In this document: positions 1 through 13,200 of the stretch, one piece after another
Position numbering within the stretch: the first letter of the stretch is position 1
Layout: each line of letters starts with the position of its first letter
Assembly (NCBI GenBank): GCA_032718475.1
Contig: JAUCBJ010005143.1
Span: 1-64,000 of the forward strand
Length of the DNA stretch: 64,000 bases
Origin: Nemertoderma westbladi
Taxonomy: Eukaryota > Animalia > Xenacoelomorpha
Reading direction: 5' to 3'
Position numbers and translations under genes: made by a program
Notes under the pieces: model-generated
Told to the model about the DNA's origin: nothing
Seen by the model: the letters and a program-made list of their open reading frames with translations, nothing else
The model's database searches: none

Positions 1-166
1 AAACGCCACAAAAACATGCAGTCTTCTGCGCAACTAAAATTCATGAAGAGTTTGCCTTTAAAATTTTTGCGTACCTGCTTGAGTTTTTGAGATATTGGAT
101 AGTTATACATACACACCCAAACACACCCCCACACACATCGTGTATTTGAAGGGATTAACTTTTAAG

Positions 167-3100
167 AAGAACTAGCCTGACCTATTAATAGGCGGGTTCG
201 TTATAAGAACTACCCTGACCTATTAATAGGCGGGTTCGTTATAAGAACTACCCTGACCTATTAATAGGCGGGTTCGTTATAAGAACTACCCTGACCTATT
301 AATAGGCGGGTTCGTTATAAGAACTACCCTGACCTATTAATAGGCGGGTTCGTTATAAGAACTACCCTGACCTATTAATAGGCGGGTTCGTTATAAGAAC
401 TACCCTGACCTATTAATAGGCGGGTTCGTTATAAGAACTACCCTGACCTATTAATAGGCGGGTTCGTTATAAGAACTACCCTGACCTATTATAATAGGCG
501 GGTTCGTTATAAGAACTACCCTGACCTATTAATAGGCGGGTTCGTTATAAGAACTACCCTGACCTATTAATAGGCGGGTTCGTTATAAGAACTACCCTGA
601 CCTATTATAATAGGCGGGTTCGTTATAAGAACTACCCTGACCTATTAATAGGCGGGTTCGTTATAACGAACTACCCTGACCTATTAATAGGCGGGTTCGT
701 TATAAGAACTACCCTGACCTATTATAATAGGCGGGTTCGTTATAAGAACTACCCTGACCTATTATAATAGGCGGGTTCGTTATAAGAACTACCCTGACCT
801 ATTAATAGGCGGGTTCGTTATAAGAACTACCCTGACCTATTAATAGGCGGGTTCGTTATAAGAACTACCCTGACCTATTATAATAGGCGGGTTCGTTATA
901 AGAACTACCCTGACCTATTATAATAGGCGGGTTCGTTATAAGAACTACCCTGACCTATTATATAGGCGGGTTCGTTATAAGAACTACCCTGACCTATTAT
1001 AATAGGCGGGTTCGTTATAAGAACTACCCTGACCTATTATAATAGGCGGGTTCGTTATAAGAACTACCCTGACCTATTATAATAGGCGGGTTCGTTATAA
1101 GAACTACCCTGACCTATTAATAGGCGGGTTCGTTATAAGAACTACCCTGACCTATTAATAGGCGGGTTCGTTATAAGAACTACCCTGACCTATTAATAGG
1201 CGGGTTCGTTATAAGAACTACCCTGACCTATTAATAGGCGGGTTCGTTATAACAACTACCCTGACCTATTAATAGGCGGGTTCGTTATAAGAACTACCCT
1301 GACCTATTATAATAGGCGGGTTCGTTATAAGAACTACCCTGACCTATTATAATAGGCGGGTTCGTTATAAGAACTACCCTGACCTATTATAATAGGCGGG
1401 TTCGTTATAAGAACTACCCTGACCTATTATAATAGGCGGGTTCGTTATAAGAACTACCCTGACCTATTATAATAGGCGGGTTCGTTATAAGAACTACCCT
1501 GACCTATTATAATAGGCGGGTTCGTTATAAGAACTACCCTGACCTATTATAATAGGCGGGTTCGTTATAAGAACTACCCTGACCTATTATAATAGGCGGG
1601 TTCGTTATAAGAACTACCCTGACCTATTATAATAGGCGGGTTCGTTATAAGAACTACCCTGACCTATTATAATAGGCGGGTTCGTTATAAGAACTACCCT
1701 GACCTATTAATAGGCGGGTTCGTTATAAGAACTACCCTGACCTATTAATAGGCGGGTTCGTTATAAGAACTACCCTGACCTATTATAATAGGCGGGTTCG
1801 TTATAAGAACTACCCTGACCTATTATAATAGGCGGGTTCGTTATAAGAACTACCCTGACCTATTATAATAGGCGGGTTCGTTATAAGAACTACCCTGACC
1901 TATTATAATAGGCGGGTTCGTTATAAGAACTACCCTGACCTATTATAATAGGCGGGTTCGTTATAAGAACTACCCTGACCTATTATAATAGGCGGGTTCG
2001 TTATAAGAACTACCCTGACCTATTATAATAGGCGGGTTCGTTATAAGAACTACCCTGACCTATTATAATAGGCGGGTTCGTTATAAGAACTACTCTGACC
2101 TATTATAATAGGCGGGTTCGTTATAAGAACTACTCTGACCTATTATAATAGGCGGGTTCGTTATAAGAACTAGCCTGACCTATTAATAGGCGGGTTCGTT
2201 ATAAGAACTACCCTGACCTATTAATAGGCGGGTTCGTTATAAGAACTACCCTGACCTATTAATAGGCGGGTTCGTTATAACAACTACCCTGACCTATTAA
2301 TAGGCGGGTTCGTTATAAGAACTACCCTGACCTATTATAATAGGCGGGTTCGTTATAAGAACTACCCTGACCTATTATAATAGGCGGGTTCGTTATAAGA
2401 ACTACCCTGACCTATTATAATAGGCGGGTTCGTTATAAGAACTACCCTGACCTATTATAATAGGCGGGTTCGTTATAAGAACTACCCTGACCTATTATAA
2501 TAGGCGGGTTCGTTATAAGAACTACCCTGACCTATTATAATAGGCGGGTTCGTTATAAGAACTAGCCTGACCTATTAATAGGCGGGTTCGTTATAAGAAC
2601 TACCCTGACCTATTAATAGGCGGGTTCGTTATAAGAACTACCCTGACCTATTAATAGGCGGGTTCGTTATAACAACTACCCTGACCTATTAATAGGCGGG
2701 TTCGTTATAAGAACTACCCTGACCTATTATAATAGGCGGGTTCGTTATAAGAACTACCCTGACCTATTATAATAGGCGGGTTCGTTATAAGAACTACCCT
2801 GACCTATTATAATAGGCGGGTTCGTTATAAGAACTACCCTGACCTATTATAATAGGCGGGTTCGTTATAAGAACTACCCTGACCTATTATAATAGGCGGG
2901 TTCGTTATAAGAACTACCCTGACCTATTATAATAGGTGGGTTCGTTATAAGAACTACCCTGACCTATTATAATAGGCGGGTTCGTTATAAGAACTACTCT
3001 GACCTATTATAATAGGCGGGTTCGTTATAAGAACTACCCTGACCTATTATAATAGGCGGGTTCGTTATAAGAACTACCCTGACCTATTAATAGGCGGGTT

Positions 3101-5040
3101 CGTTATAAGAACTACCCTGACCTATTAATAGGCGGGTTCGTTATAAGAACTACCCTGACCTATTATAATAGGCGGGTTCGTTATAAGAACTACCCTGACC
3201 TATTATAATAGGCGGGTTCGTTATAAGAACTACCCTGACCTATTATAATAGGCGGGTTCGTTATAAGAACTACCCTGACCTATTATAATAGGCGGGTTCG
3301 TTATAAGAACTACTCTGACCTATTATAATAGGCGGGTTCGTTATAAGAACTACCCTGACCTATTATAATAGGCGGGTTCGTTATAAGAACTACCCTGACC
3401 TATTAATAGGCGGGTTCGTTATAAGAACTACCCTGACCTATTAATAGGCGGGTTCGTTATAAGAACTACCCTGACCTATTATAATAGGCGGGTTCGTTAT
3501 AAGAACTACCCTGACCTATTATAATAGGCGGGTTCGTTATAAGAACTACCCTGACCTATTATAATAGGCGGGTTCGTTATAAGAACTACCCTGACCTATT
3601 ATAATAGGCGGGTTCGTTATAAGAACTACCCTGACCTATTATAATAGGCGGGTTCGTTATAAGAACTACCCTGACCTATTATAATAGGCGGGTTCGTTAT
3701 AAGAACTACTCTGACCTATTATAATAGGCGGGTTCGTTATAAGAACTACCCTGACCTATTATAATAGGCGGGTTCGTTATAAGAACTACCCTGACCTATT
3801 AATAGGCGGGTTCGTTATAAGAACTACCCTGACCTATTAATAGGCGGGTTCGTTATAAGAACTACCCTGACCTATTATAATAGGCGGGTTCGTTATAAGA
3901 ACTACCCTGACCTATTATAATAGGCGGGTTCGTTATAAGAACTACCCTGACCTATTATAATAGGCGGGTTCGTTATAAGAACTACCCTGACCTATTATAA
4001 TAGGCGGGTTCGTTATAAGAACTACCCTGACCTATTATAATAGGCGGGTTCGTTATAAGAACTACCCTGACCTATTATAATAGGCGGGTTCGTTATAAGA
4101 ACTACCCTGACCTATTATAATAGGCGGGTTCGTTATAAGAACTACCCTGACCTATTATAATAGGCGGGTTCGTTATAAGAACTACTCTGACCTATTATAA
4201 TAGGCGGGTTCGTTATAAGAACTACTCTGACCTATTATAATAGGCGGGTTCGTTATAAGAACTAGCCTGACCTATTAATAGGCGGGTTCGTTATAAGAAC
4301 TACCCTGACCTATTAATAGGCGGGTTCGTTATAAGAACTACCCTGACCTATTATAATAGGCGGGTTCGTTATAAGAACTACTCTGACCTATTATAATAGG
4401 CGGGTTCGTTATAAGAACTACCCTGACCTATTATAATAGGCGGGTTCGTTATAAGAACTACCCTGACCTATTAATAGGCGGGTTCGTTATAAGAACTACC
4501 CTGACCTATTAATAGGCGGGTTCGTTATAAGAACTACCCTGACCTATTATAATAGGCGGGTTCGTTATAAGAACTACCCTGACCTATTATAATAGGCGGG
4601 TTCGTTATAAGAACTACCCTGACCTATTATAATAGGCGGGTTCGTTATAAGAACTACCCTGACCTATTAATAGGCGGGTTCGTTATAAGAACTACCCTGA
4701 CCTATTAATAGGCGGGTTCGTTTTAAGAACTACCCTGACCTATTATAATAGGCGGGTTCGTTATAAGAACTACCCTGACCTATTATAATAGGCGGGTTCG
4801 TTATAAGAACTACCCTGACCTATTATAATAGGCGGGTTCGTTATAAGAACTACCCTGACCTATTAATAGGCGGGTTCGTTATAAGAACTACCCTGACCTA
4901 TTAATAGGCGGGTTCGTTATAAGAACTACCCTGACATATTATAATAGGCGGGTTCGTTATAAGAACTACCCTGACCTATTATAATAGGCGGGTTCGTTAT
5001 AAGAACTACCCTGACCTATTATAATAGGCAGGTTCGTTAC
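167..5040. repeat. Satellite array, 38/40-bp unit AGAACTACCCTGACCTATTA(TA)ATAGGCGGGTTCGTTATA, about 120-125 copies
   Basis: Head-to-tail near-identical units. The two length variants differ by TA at the centre of the palindrome CCTATTA(TA)ATAGG. Confidence 0.98.
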
Positions 5041-5355
5041 AACTGCCAATAAGTTTTTGGGGCACTTTCTGGTTTCATGATCAAAACTTATCGCTCCTTC
5101 TAACCGGATATGGCGAATTCTTAAAGTTTATTTCAAAATTAGACAAATCTCAAATGTTACCGGTACGTGATGCGAAGCGACATTGGTCCATATGGTTGGT
5201 ATTGACCCATAGTGCCGGTCGCATTTTGTATGAAAATATTGTAAGAATATTAGTATGTTCAAACTTGGCGCGCACTAAATAACAGAATGTTATAATATTG
5301 CCATTGGGTCGTGGCATATTATCATTCATTTAAAATGATTGTGTTTTACTTTCAG

Positions 5356-5460
5356 TTTTGCAGTTGTTTTCATTACAATCTGGAATTGTAAAGGAAGACC
5401 AACCCGAGGGAACCCCTTTGAGAATATTGTTAATGGACCCTTATATACTAATAGCTGCAG
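5356..5460 (+). CDS. Vmat: VMAT/SLC18A-like vesicular amine transporter, internal exon A (105 nt)
   Basis: Acceptor ttttactttcag| and donor cag|gtaatg. Translates xLQLFSLQSGIVKEDQPEGTPLRILLMDPYILIAA(G), matching the VMAT motif GTPLxxLLxDPYILIAAG recalled from vertebrate SLC18A1/2. Confidence 0.93.
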
Positions 5461-6100
5461 GTAATGGACCCTTATATACTAATAGCTGCAGGTAATGGAC
5501 CCTTATATACTAATAGCTGCAGGTAATGGACCCTTATATACTAATAGCTGCAGGTAATGGACCCTTATATACTAATAGCTGCAGGTAATGGACCCTTATA
5601 TACTAATAGCTGCAGCTAATGGACCCTTATATACTAATAGCTGCAGTTAATGGACCCTTATATACTAATAGCTGCAGGTAATGGACCCTTATATACTAAT
5701 AGCTGCAGGTAATGGACCCTTATATACTAATAGCTGCAGGTAATGGACCCTTATATACTAATAGCTGCAGGTAATGGACCCTTATATACTAATAGCTGCA
5801 GCTAATGGACCCTTATATACTAATAGCTGCAGTTAATGGACCCTTATATACTAATAGCTGCAGGTAATGGACCCTTATATACGAATAGCTGCAGGTAATG
5901 GACCCTTATATACTAATAGCTGCAGGTAATGGACCCTTATATACTAATATCTGCAGGTAATGGACCCTTATATACTAATAGCTGCAGGTAATGGACCCTT
6001 ATATACTAATAGCTGCAGGTAATGGACCCTTATATACTAATAGCTGCAGGTAATGGACCCTTATATACTAATAGCTGCAGGTAATGGACCCTTATATACT
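5430..6100. repeat. Tandem array, 31-bp unit GTAATGGACCCTTATATACTAATAGCTGCAG, about 21 copies, overlapping the 3' end of exon A
   Basis: Period 31. The first copy is the last 31 nt of the exon (LMDPYILIAA codons). Confidence 0.97.
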
Positions 6101-6393
6101 ATAACATGAAATACAATGTGGCTGCGCTCAGTGATAACATTTTTCAACTCTCTGATACCAAAACTGTTAATTTTAGAATCGTTTTCTGATGTTTTTTAGA
6201 ACTACATGCGCGATTTAGCGAGTACAATTTCTCGCCAATTGGCTTTCAGCATTTAAAATACGTAAATTGTTGGATGTTTTTTTATTGTAAAATGAAAATG
6301 CTGAATGTGGTTTGGTCGGATGTTCGTTGTTCTAAAATATTACCACTCCATTTGTGTGGTAAACATTAGTTTCCCCACTTATAACATTTCCAG

Positions 6394-6489
6394 GTTCTAT
6401 TGCTTTCGCGAACATGGCTATTGCCCTTCTTGAACCAACGCTTCCCATATGGATGATGGAAAATATGGAGGTTGAGAAATGGCAATTAG
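6394..6489 (+). CDS. Vmat: VMAT/SLC18A-like internal exon B (96 nt)
   Basis: Acceptor atttccag| and donor tag|gttagt. Translates (G)[31 protein letters not shown](G), the TM7 LEPxLPIWM signature of SLC18. In frame with exon A. Confidence 0.95.
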
Positions 6490-7299
6490 GTTAGTTTGTG
6501 TGAGAAATTTCAACTAGGTTAGTTTGTGTGAGAAATGTTAACTAGATTAGTTTGTATGAGAAATTTCAATTATGTTAGTTTGTGTGAGAAATTTCAACTA
6601 GGTTAGTTTGTTGTGTGAGAAATGGCAACTAGGTTAGTTTGTGTGAGAAATGTCAACTAGTGAGTTTGTATGGGAAATGTCAACTAGGTTAGTTTGTGTG
6701 AGAAATGTTAACTATGTTAGTTTGTGTGAGAAATGTCAACTAGGTTAGTTTGTGTGAGAAATGTCAACTAGGTTAGTTTGTGTGAGAAATGTCAACTAGT
6801 GAGTTTGTATGGGACATGTCAACTAGGTTAGTTTGTGTGAGAAATGTCAACTAGGTTAGTTTGTGTGAGAAATGTCAACTAGTGAGTTTGTATGGGAAAT
6901 GTCAATTAGGTTAGTTTGTGTGAGAAATGTCAACTAGGTTAGTTTGTGTGAGAAATGTCAACAAGTGAGTTTGTATGGGAAATGTCAACTAGGTTAGTTT
7001 GTGTTAGAAATGTCAACTAGGTTAGTTTGTGTGAGAAATGTCAACTGGTTAGTTTATATGGGAAATGTCAACTAGGTTAGTTTGTGTGAGAAATGTTAAC
7101 TAGGTTAGTTTGTGTGAGAAATGTCAACTAGTTTAGTTTGTGTGAGAAATGTCAACTAGGTTAGTTTGTGTGAGAAATGTCAACTAGTGAGTTTGTATGG
7201 GAAATGTCAACTAGGTTAGTTTGTGTGAGAAATGTCAACTAGGTTAGTTTGTGTGAGAAATGTCAACTAGTGAGTTTGTATGGGAATTGTCAACTAGGT
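6473..7299. repeat. Satellite block 1, 28-bp unit TGAGAAATGTCAACTAGGTTAGTTTGTG, starting inside exon B
   Basis: Period 28 (some 27). The first unit is TGAGAAATGGCAATTAG|GTTAGTTTGTG across the exon/intron junction. Confidence 0.97.
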
Positions 7300-10223
7300 G
7301 GGATAAATATTTCTCCATTTGACGCAACACCGCCGCGGCCGCTATGAGGGAGGTGAATACCGCGGCCGCTCCTAAAGCCGCAGGCCATCGCTAACTATAT
7401 AGGTTAACTTGGGATTCTGGGGGACTTTTCGATGAAGGAACAGACCAAATTTTTTTATTTTCTCACCAGGGGAGCGGCTTGGAATTCTAAGATATTAGCA
7501 ACTCTAACATTATTAAATCTAACCCTTCGACGGACACGGCGGACAAAAATCCGTCATTTTTTCGACAATTTTAAAATTTTTTTGAAAGGCGCTCTACAGT
7601 GGCTCGAAAAAACCCTAGGTTATTGCTTAGCCGACGCCGGGATACGATAGAAGGGATTAATTAGTGAATTCGTTTTTTTTTTTCAAAAAAAGATTACCAC
7701 GCCTTTTTTCCGAAAATGTCCGTCAAAGTTGAAAAAACGGACAAAATGACTTTTCGGGATCCGCTATAACTCGGCTAATATTAATCGTACGGGGACGAAA
7801 ATAACGCGGTTGGAAAGGGGAAGAGTGGTACTACCTTTGTATCGAATGGGGGTAAGATATTTATTAATATTTCGGGTGGAAAAAGGGGCCGTAACTTTGT
7901 CCGTTTTTTCCATCTTTTTTACATAATTAATATTTCCAAAATTTTTAATTCGACAACGCTAGTAGGAATCTGCCAATTCTTTTTCGGAAAGCGTAGAAGA
8001 CCACAGGGGCTACATTCCTATCGAATGGGGGTACAAAAAATATGTAGGCAAAGGGGTCCAAAAAGGGCCAGAAAATAATACAAAGTTTATAACTAACAAC
8101 TTTTTTATTTTTGACTCTAGAAGGTTAAAGTACATTTTATACGGTTAATATCGATACGGGGAATCCAAATATTCGATTGGTTTTGCCGCGCAAATGATAT
8201 TAAAAAAGTGAGGGCCCAAATTAAAATTTCACGCTTCAAAATCGCTTCGCGGGAACTCGTCTAGCTCGAAAAATCTTATGTATTTTTCGAGCCTTTTTTG
8301 GGAGACTTATTTAAACAGTCTTATAGAGCGTCAAATTATCTATCTTTCAACGGTAGTTACAGCGCCATAGCTATTATATAACTGAAGCGGCAGACGATCG
8401 TGTGAAATATACTACTTATAAAAAAGGGACGAAAAAATTTTTTTTTAATAAATCGCCATTACATTATAATTTAACTTTTTGCGCCAAAAGTTCCTGTAAA
8501 ATGTAGCAAATTAACTCCACTATCTTTTTTCTTAACATTTATAATTAAAATAACGAGTTTTAAGGGTCGAAAAATATCGCGTAATTTTGGCCCTTTTTTT
8601 TCATTCTTTTTGGGGCCAAAAATGACCCCCTCTCAAAAGATAGAAAAAAAAATTACGGCAAAGAATATACCAATTTTATTGAATTTGGAGCACCAGAACC
8701 GAAATTTAGTCAAAAATTAAAAATATTTTTTTTTGCAAAAAATTAAGAATGGTCATATTGGGTTTCGAACCCACGAACTTAAGTATCGTTAACGTGATTG
8801 ATTACCACTAGACTACGTGACCAAGAGAATTTGAAATTTTCGAGTGATTATTTTTAAACATCAATAACTTCTGTTCTACTGGGCCGTTTGATCTGAAACT
8901 TTTTTTATTGGATAGAGGATAGATTGTAGTGTGTGAAATAGGATAAAACTTGGGAAACGAGGCATGTGCACTTAGTGCATAATGCACTTAAATAGTGAAC
9001 ATTTTTTCGATATTTCAAACACTATTATTTCCAGTTCTATTCATCGTAGAATGTTATTTTTTGGATTAAAATGTAGTTTGGAGTGATTTCTAACTATAAT
9101 CGTAACATTTGTTTAACTTTTTATGTATATAAAGTGACTTAAAATGCCCATGAATATGGTCCAAAATCGCAAATGTCGCGATTTATTAAATTAGATTTTT
9201 TACACTTTTAGTGACTGACACTTGATCATACACCATCGTAGATCGGTAGAGGATAAACATAAGTTTGTTAAATAAGAACCACCATTACGATCTGCTAAAG
9301 TGCACTTGTACAAATAAGTGTGCAAAAGTGCAAATTATTAATAAGGTCAAATTATATAGCATTGGGTTATTTTCTTTGCAGATACTTTATTTTCATATTA
9401 ATATGTTGTTTGAACCTTACTGAGCGCATTAGGGATATGCGTACAAATAAGCGGCCCTTATTAAGGCTTCGATTGGGTTAATAAATAAAACATAAGGTTG
9501 TAATATTCTAAAAAACCAGTGTGATATTAAATGCACTTTAAACAATAAATAGAGATCAATTAACAAATGGACTACACAATTAAAAACTCGCACAATTTTG
9601 TACTTATTATATTGCTTCAAATTAATTCAACAGTGGATATTTGGGGGAAGGGGGAAGTTACAGTGTGCATTCGGGGGAAGTTTGGTGAACTGCATTTATG
9701 TAGTGAATCCAAACTTCCCCCTTTTAGATATCGTATACTTAAGACATGCTCGGTTGTCAGGGAAATATTTGTTACTGTCACACTTTGCTTCCATTTATCC
9801 TATCCTTTATTATTACCCCAGTCAGATAAGAGATAATAATCAGTAAAAACCAAACTAAACTGTCCTTCATGCAAACAAATTTCTAATTAAAGACGGGTGA
9901 ATGACCATGACCATGGAAATAATTTTAAATATAATCGTATATCAACTCTTTGGGGAGGCATCCAAACCCAAAAACAATTATTTCGTTACATATAATATAG
10001 TAAATAACGTTGTATGTTCTTCTTCCTCTCATAATAAAATATATATGAAATATCTCTGATCGCTGTGCCCTGAACATTTCACAACCAAAATGTTTCAGTG
10101 TGAAAAGTGTAGGCCTACCACACCCCGCCCAAACAGCCGCAAACGCATAGCCAACAAATTTATCAAAAGTTTACATACATGTTGTGTTCATGACGAGATG
10201 AGTGAAAATTGATCGCGTAATAT
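7300..10223. repeat. About 2.9-kb non-coding interspersed element, copy 1 (probable non-autonomous transposon remnant, class undetermined)
   Basis: Colinear with 16636-19567. AT-rich, no credible ORF, GC-rich left end with two CCGCGGCCGC motifs. Confidence 0.85.
8749..8823 (-). pseudogene. Degenerate tRNA-like / SINE head inside the 2.9-kb element
   Basis: Minus strand reads GGTCACGTAGTCTAGTGG (A box) ... GTGGGTTCGAAACCCA (B box/T arm) ... TGACCA. The anticodon arm does not fold well. Confidence 0.55.
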
Positions 10224-10234
10224 GATCGCATGTC

Positions 10235-13200
10235 TGAAATGGTAACTAGGATAGTTTGTGTGAGAAATGTTAACTAGGTTAGTTTGTATGAGAATTTTTA
10301 ACTATGTTAGTTTGTGTGAGAAATGTCAACTATGTTAGTTTGTGTAAGAAATGGCAACTACTTTAGTTTGTGTGAGAAATGGTAACTAGGATAGTTTGTG
10401 TGAGAAATGTTAACTAGGTTAGTTTGTATGAGAATTTTTAACTATGTTAGTTTGTGTGAGAAATGTCAACTATGTTAGTTTGTGTAAGAAATGGCAACTA
10501 CGTTAGTTTGTGTGAGAAATGGTAACTAGGATAGTTTGTGTGAGAAATGTTAACTAGGTTAGTTTGTATGAGAATTTTTAACTATGTTAGTTTGTGTGAG
10601 AAATGTCAACTATGTTAGTTTGTGTAAGAAATGGCAACTACGTTAGTTTTTGTGAGAAATGGTAACTAGGATAGTTTGTGTGAGAAATGTTAACTAGGTT
10701 AGTTTGTATGAGAATTTTTAACTATGTTAGTTTGTGTGAGAAATGTCAACTATGTTAGTTTGTGTGAGAAATGGTAACTAGGATAGTTTGTGTGAGAAAT
10801 GTTAACTAGGTTAGTTTGTATGAGAATTTTTAACTATGTTAGTTTGTGTGAGAAATGTCAACTATGTTAGTTTGTGTGAGAAATGGTAACTAGGATAGTT
10901 TGTGTGAGAAATGTTAACTAGGTTAGTTTGTATGAGAATTTTTAACTATGTTAGTTTGTGTGAGAAATGGTAACTAGGTTAGTTTGTATGAGAATTTTTA
11001 ACTATGTTAGTTTGTGTGAGAAATGTTAACTAGGTTAGTTTGTATGATAATTTTTAACTATGTTGGTTTGTGTGAGAAATGTTAACTAGGTTAGTTTGTA
11101 TGAGAATTTTTAACTATGTTAGTTTGTGTGAGAAATGTTAACTAGGTTAGTTTGTATGAGAATTTTTAACTATGTTAGTTTGTGTGAGAAATTTCAACTA
11201 TGTTAGTTTGTGTAAGAAATGGCAACTACGTTAGTTTGTGTGAGAAATGGTAACTAGGATAGTTTGTGTGAGAAATGTTAACTAGGTTAGTTTGTATGAG
11301 AATTTTTAACTATGTTAGTTTATGTGAGAAATGGCAACTATGTTAGTTTGTGTAAGAAATGGCAACTACGTTAGTTTGTGTGAGAAATGGTAACTAGGAT
11401 AGTTTGTGTGAGAAATGTTAACTAGGTTAGTTTGTATGAGAATTTTTAACTATGTTAGTTTGTGTGAGAAATGTCAACTATGTTAGTTTGTGTAAGAAAT
11501 GGCAACTACGTTAGTTTGTGTGAGAAATGGTAACTAGGATAGTTTGTGTGAGAAATGTTAACTAGGTTAGTTTGTATGAGAATTTTTAACTATGTTAGTT
11601 TGTGTGAGAAATGGCAACTATGTTAGTTTGTGTAAGAAATGGCAACTACGTTAGTTTGTGTGAGAAATGGTAACTAGGATAGTTTGTGTGAGAAATGTTA
11701 ACTAGGTTAGTTTGTATGAGAATTTTTAACTATGTTAGTTTGTGTGAGAAATGGCAACTATGTTAGTTTGTGTAAGAAATGGCAACTACGTTAGTTTGTG
11801 TGAGAAATGGTAACTAGGATAGTTTGTGTGAGAAATGTTAACTAGGTTAGTTTGTATGAGAATTTTTAACTATGTTAGTTTGTGTGAGAAATGGCAACTA
11901 CGTTAGTTTGTGTGAGAAATGGCAACTAGGTTAGTTTATGTGAGAAATGGCAACTAGGTTAGTTTATGTGGGAAATGTTAACTAGATTAGTTTGTGTGGG
12001 AAATGTTAACTATGTTAGTTTGTGTGAGAAATGGCAACTATGTTAGTTTGTGTAAGAAATGGCAACTACGTTAGTTTGTGTGAGAAATGGTAACTAGGAT
12101 AGTTTGTGTGAGAAATGTTAACTAGGTTAGTTTGTATGAGAATTTTTAACTATGTTAGTTTGTGTGAGAAATGTCAACTATGTTAGTTTGTGTGAGAAAT
12201 GGCAACTACGTTAGTTTGTGTGAGAAATGGTAACTAGGATAGTTTGTGTGAGAAATGTTAACTAGGTTAGTTTGTATGAGAATTTTTAACTATGTTAGTT
12301 TGTGTGAGAAATGGCAACTATGTTAGTTTGTGTAAGAAATGGCAACTACGTTAGTTTGTGTGAGAAATGGTAACTAGGATAGTTTGTGTGAGAAATGTTA
12401 ACTAGGTTAGTTTGTATGAGAATTTTTAACTATGTTAGTTTGTGTGAGAAATGGCAACTATGTTAGTTTGTGTAAGAAATGGCAACTACGTTAGTTTGTG
12501 TGAGAAATGGTAACTAGGATAGTTTGTGTGAGAAATGTTAACTAGGTTAGTTTGTATGAGAATTTTTAACTATGTTAGTTTGTGTGAGAAATGGCAACTA
12601 TGTTAGTTTGTGTAAGAAATGGCAACTACGTTAGTTTGTGTGAGAAATGGTAACTAGGATAGTTTGTGTGAGAAATGTTAACTAGGTTAGTTTGTATGAG
12701 AATTTTTAACTATGTTAGTTTGTGTGAGAAATGTCAACTATGTTAGTTTGTGTGAGAAATGGTAACTAGGATAGTTTGTGTGAGAAATGTTAACTAGGTT
12801 AGTTTGTATGAGAATTTTTAACTATGTTAGTTTGTGTGAGAAATGGTAACTAGGTTAGTTTGTTTGAGAATTTTTAACTATGTTAGTTTGTGTGAGAAAT
12901 GTTAACTAGGTTAGTTTGTATGATAATTTTTAACTATGTTGGTTTGTGTGAGAAATGTTAACTAGGTTAGTTTGTATGAGAATTTTTAACTATGTTAGTT
13001 TGTGTGAGAAATGTTAACTAGGTTAGTTTGTATGAGAATTTTTAACTATGTTAGTTTGTGTGAGAAATTTCAACTATGTTAGTTTGTGTAAGAAATGGCA
13101 ACTACGTTAGTTTGTGTGAGAAATGGTAACTAGGATAGTTTGTGTGAGAAATGTTAACTAGGTTAGTTTGTATGAGAATTTTTAACTATGTTAGTTTATG

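Noticed and set aside
167-5040. CRISPR-like palindromic repeats of about 38 bp (likewise the 46-bp hairpin array)
   Set aside because: Units are head-to-tail with no unique spacers, there are no cas genes, and the context is a spliceosomal-intron eukaryotic gene.
8749-8823. Functional tRNA gene (also 18078-18157, 21277-21368, 42755-42820)
   Set aside because: A/B boxes are present, but the anticodon and D arms do not form a proper cloverleaf. Treated as SINE or pseudogene remnants.
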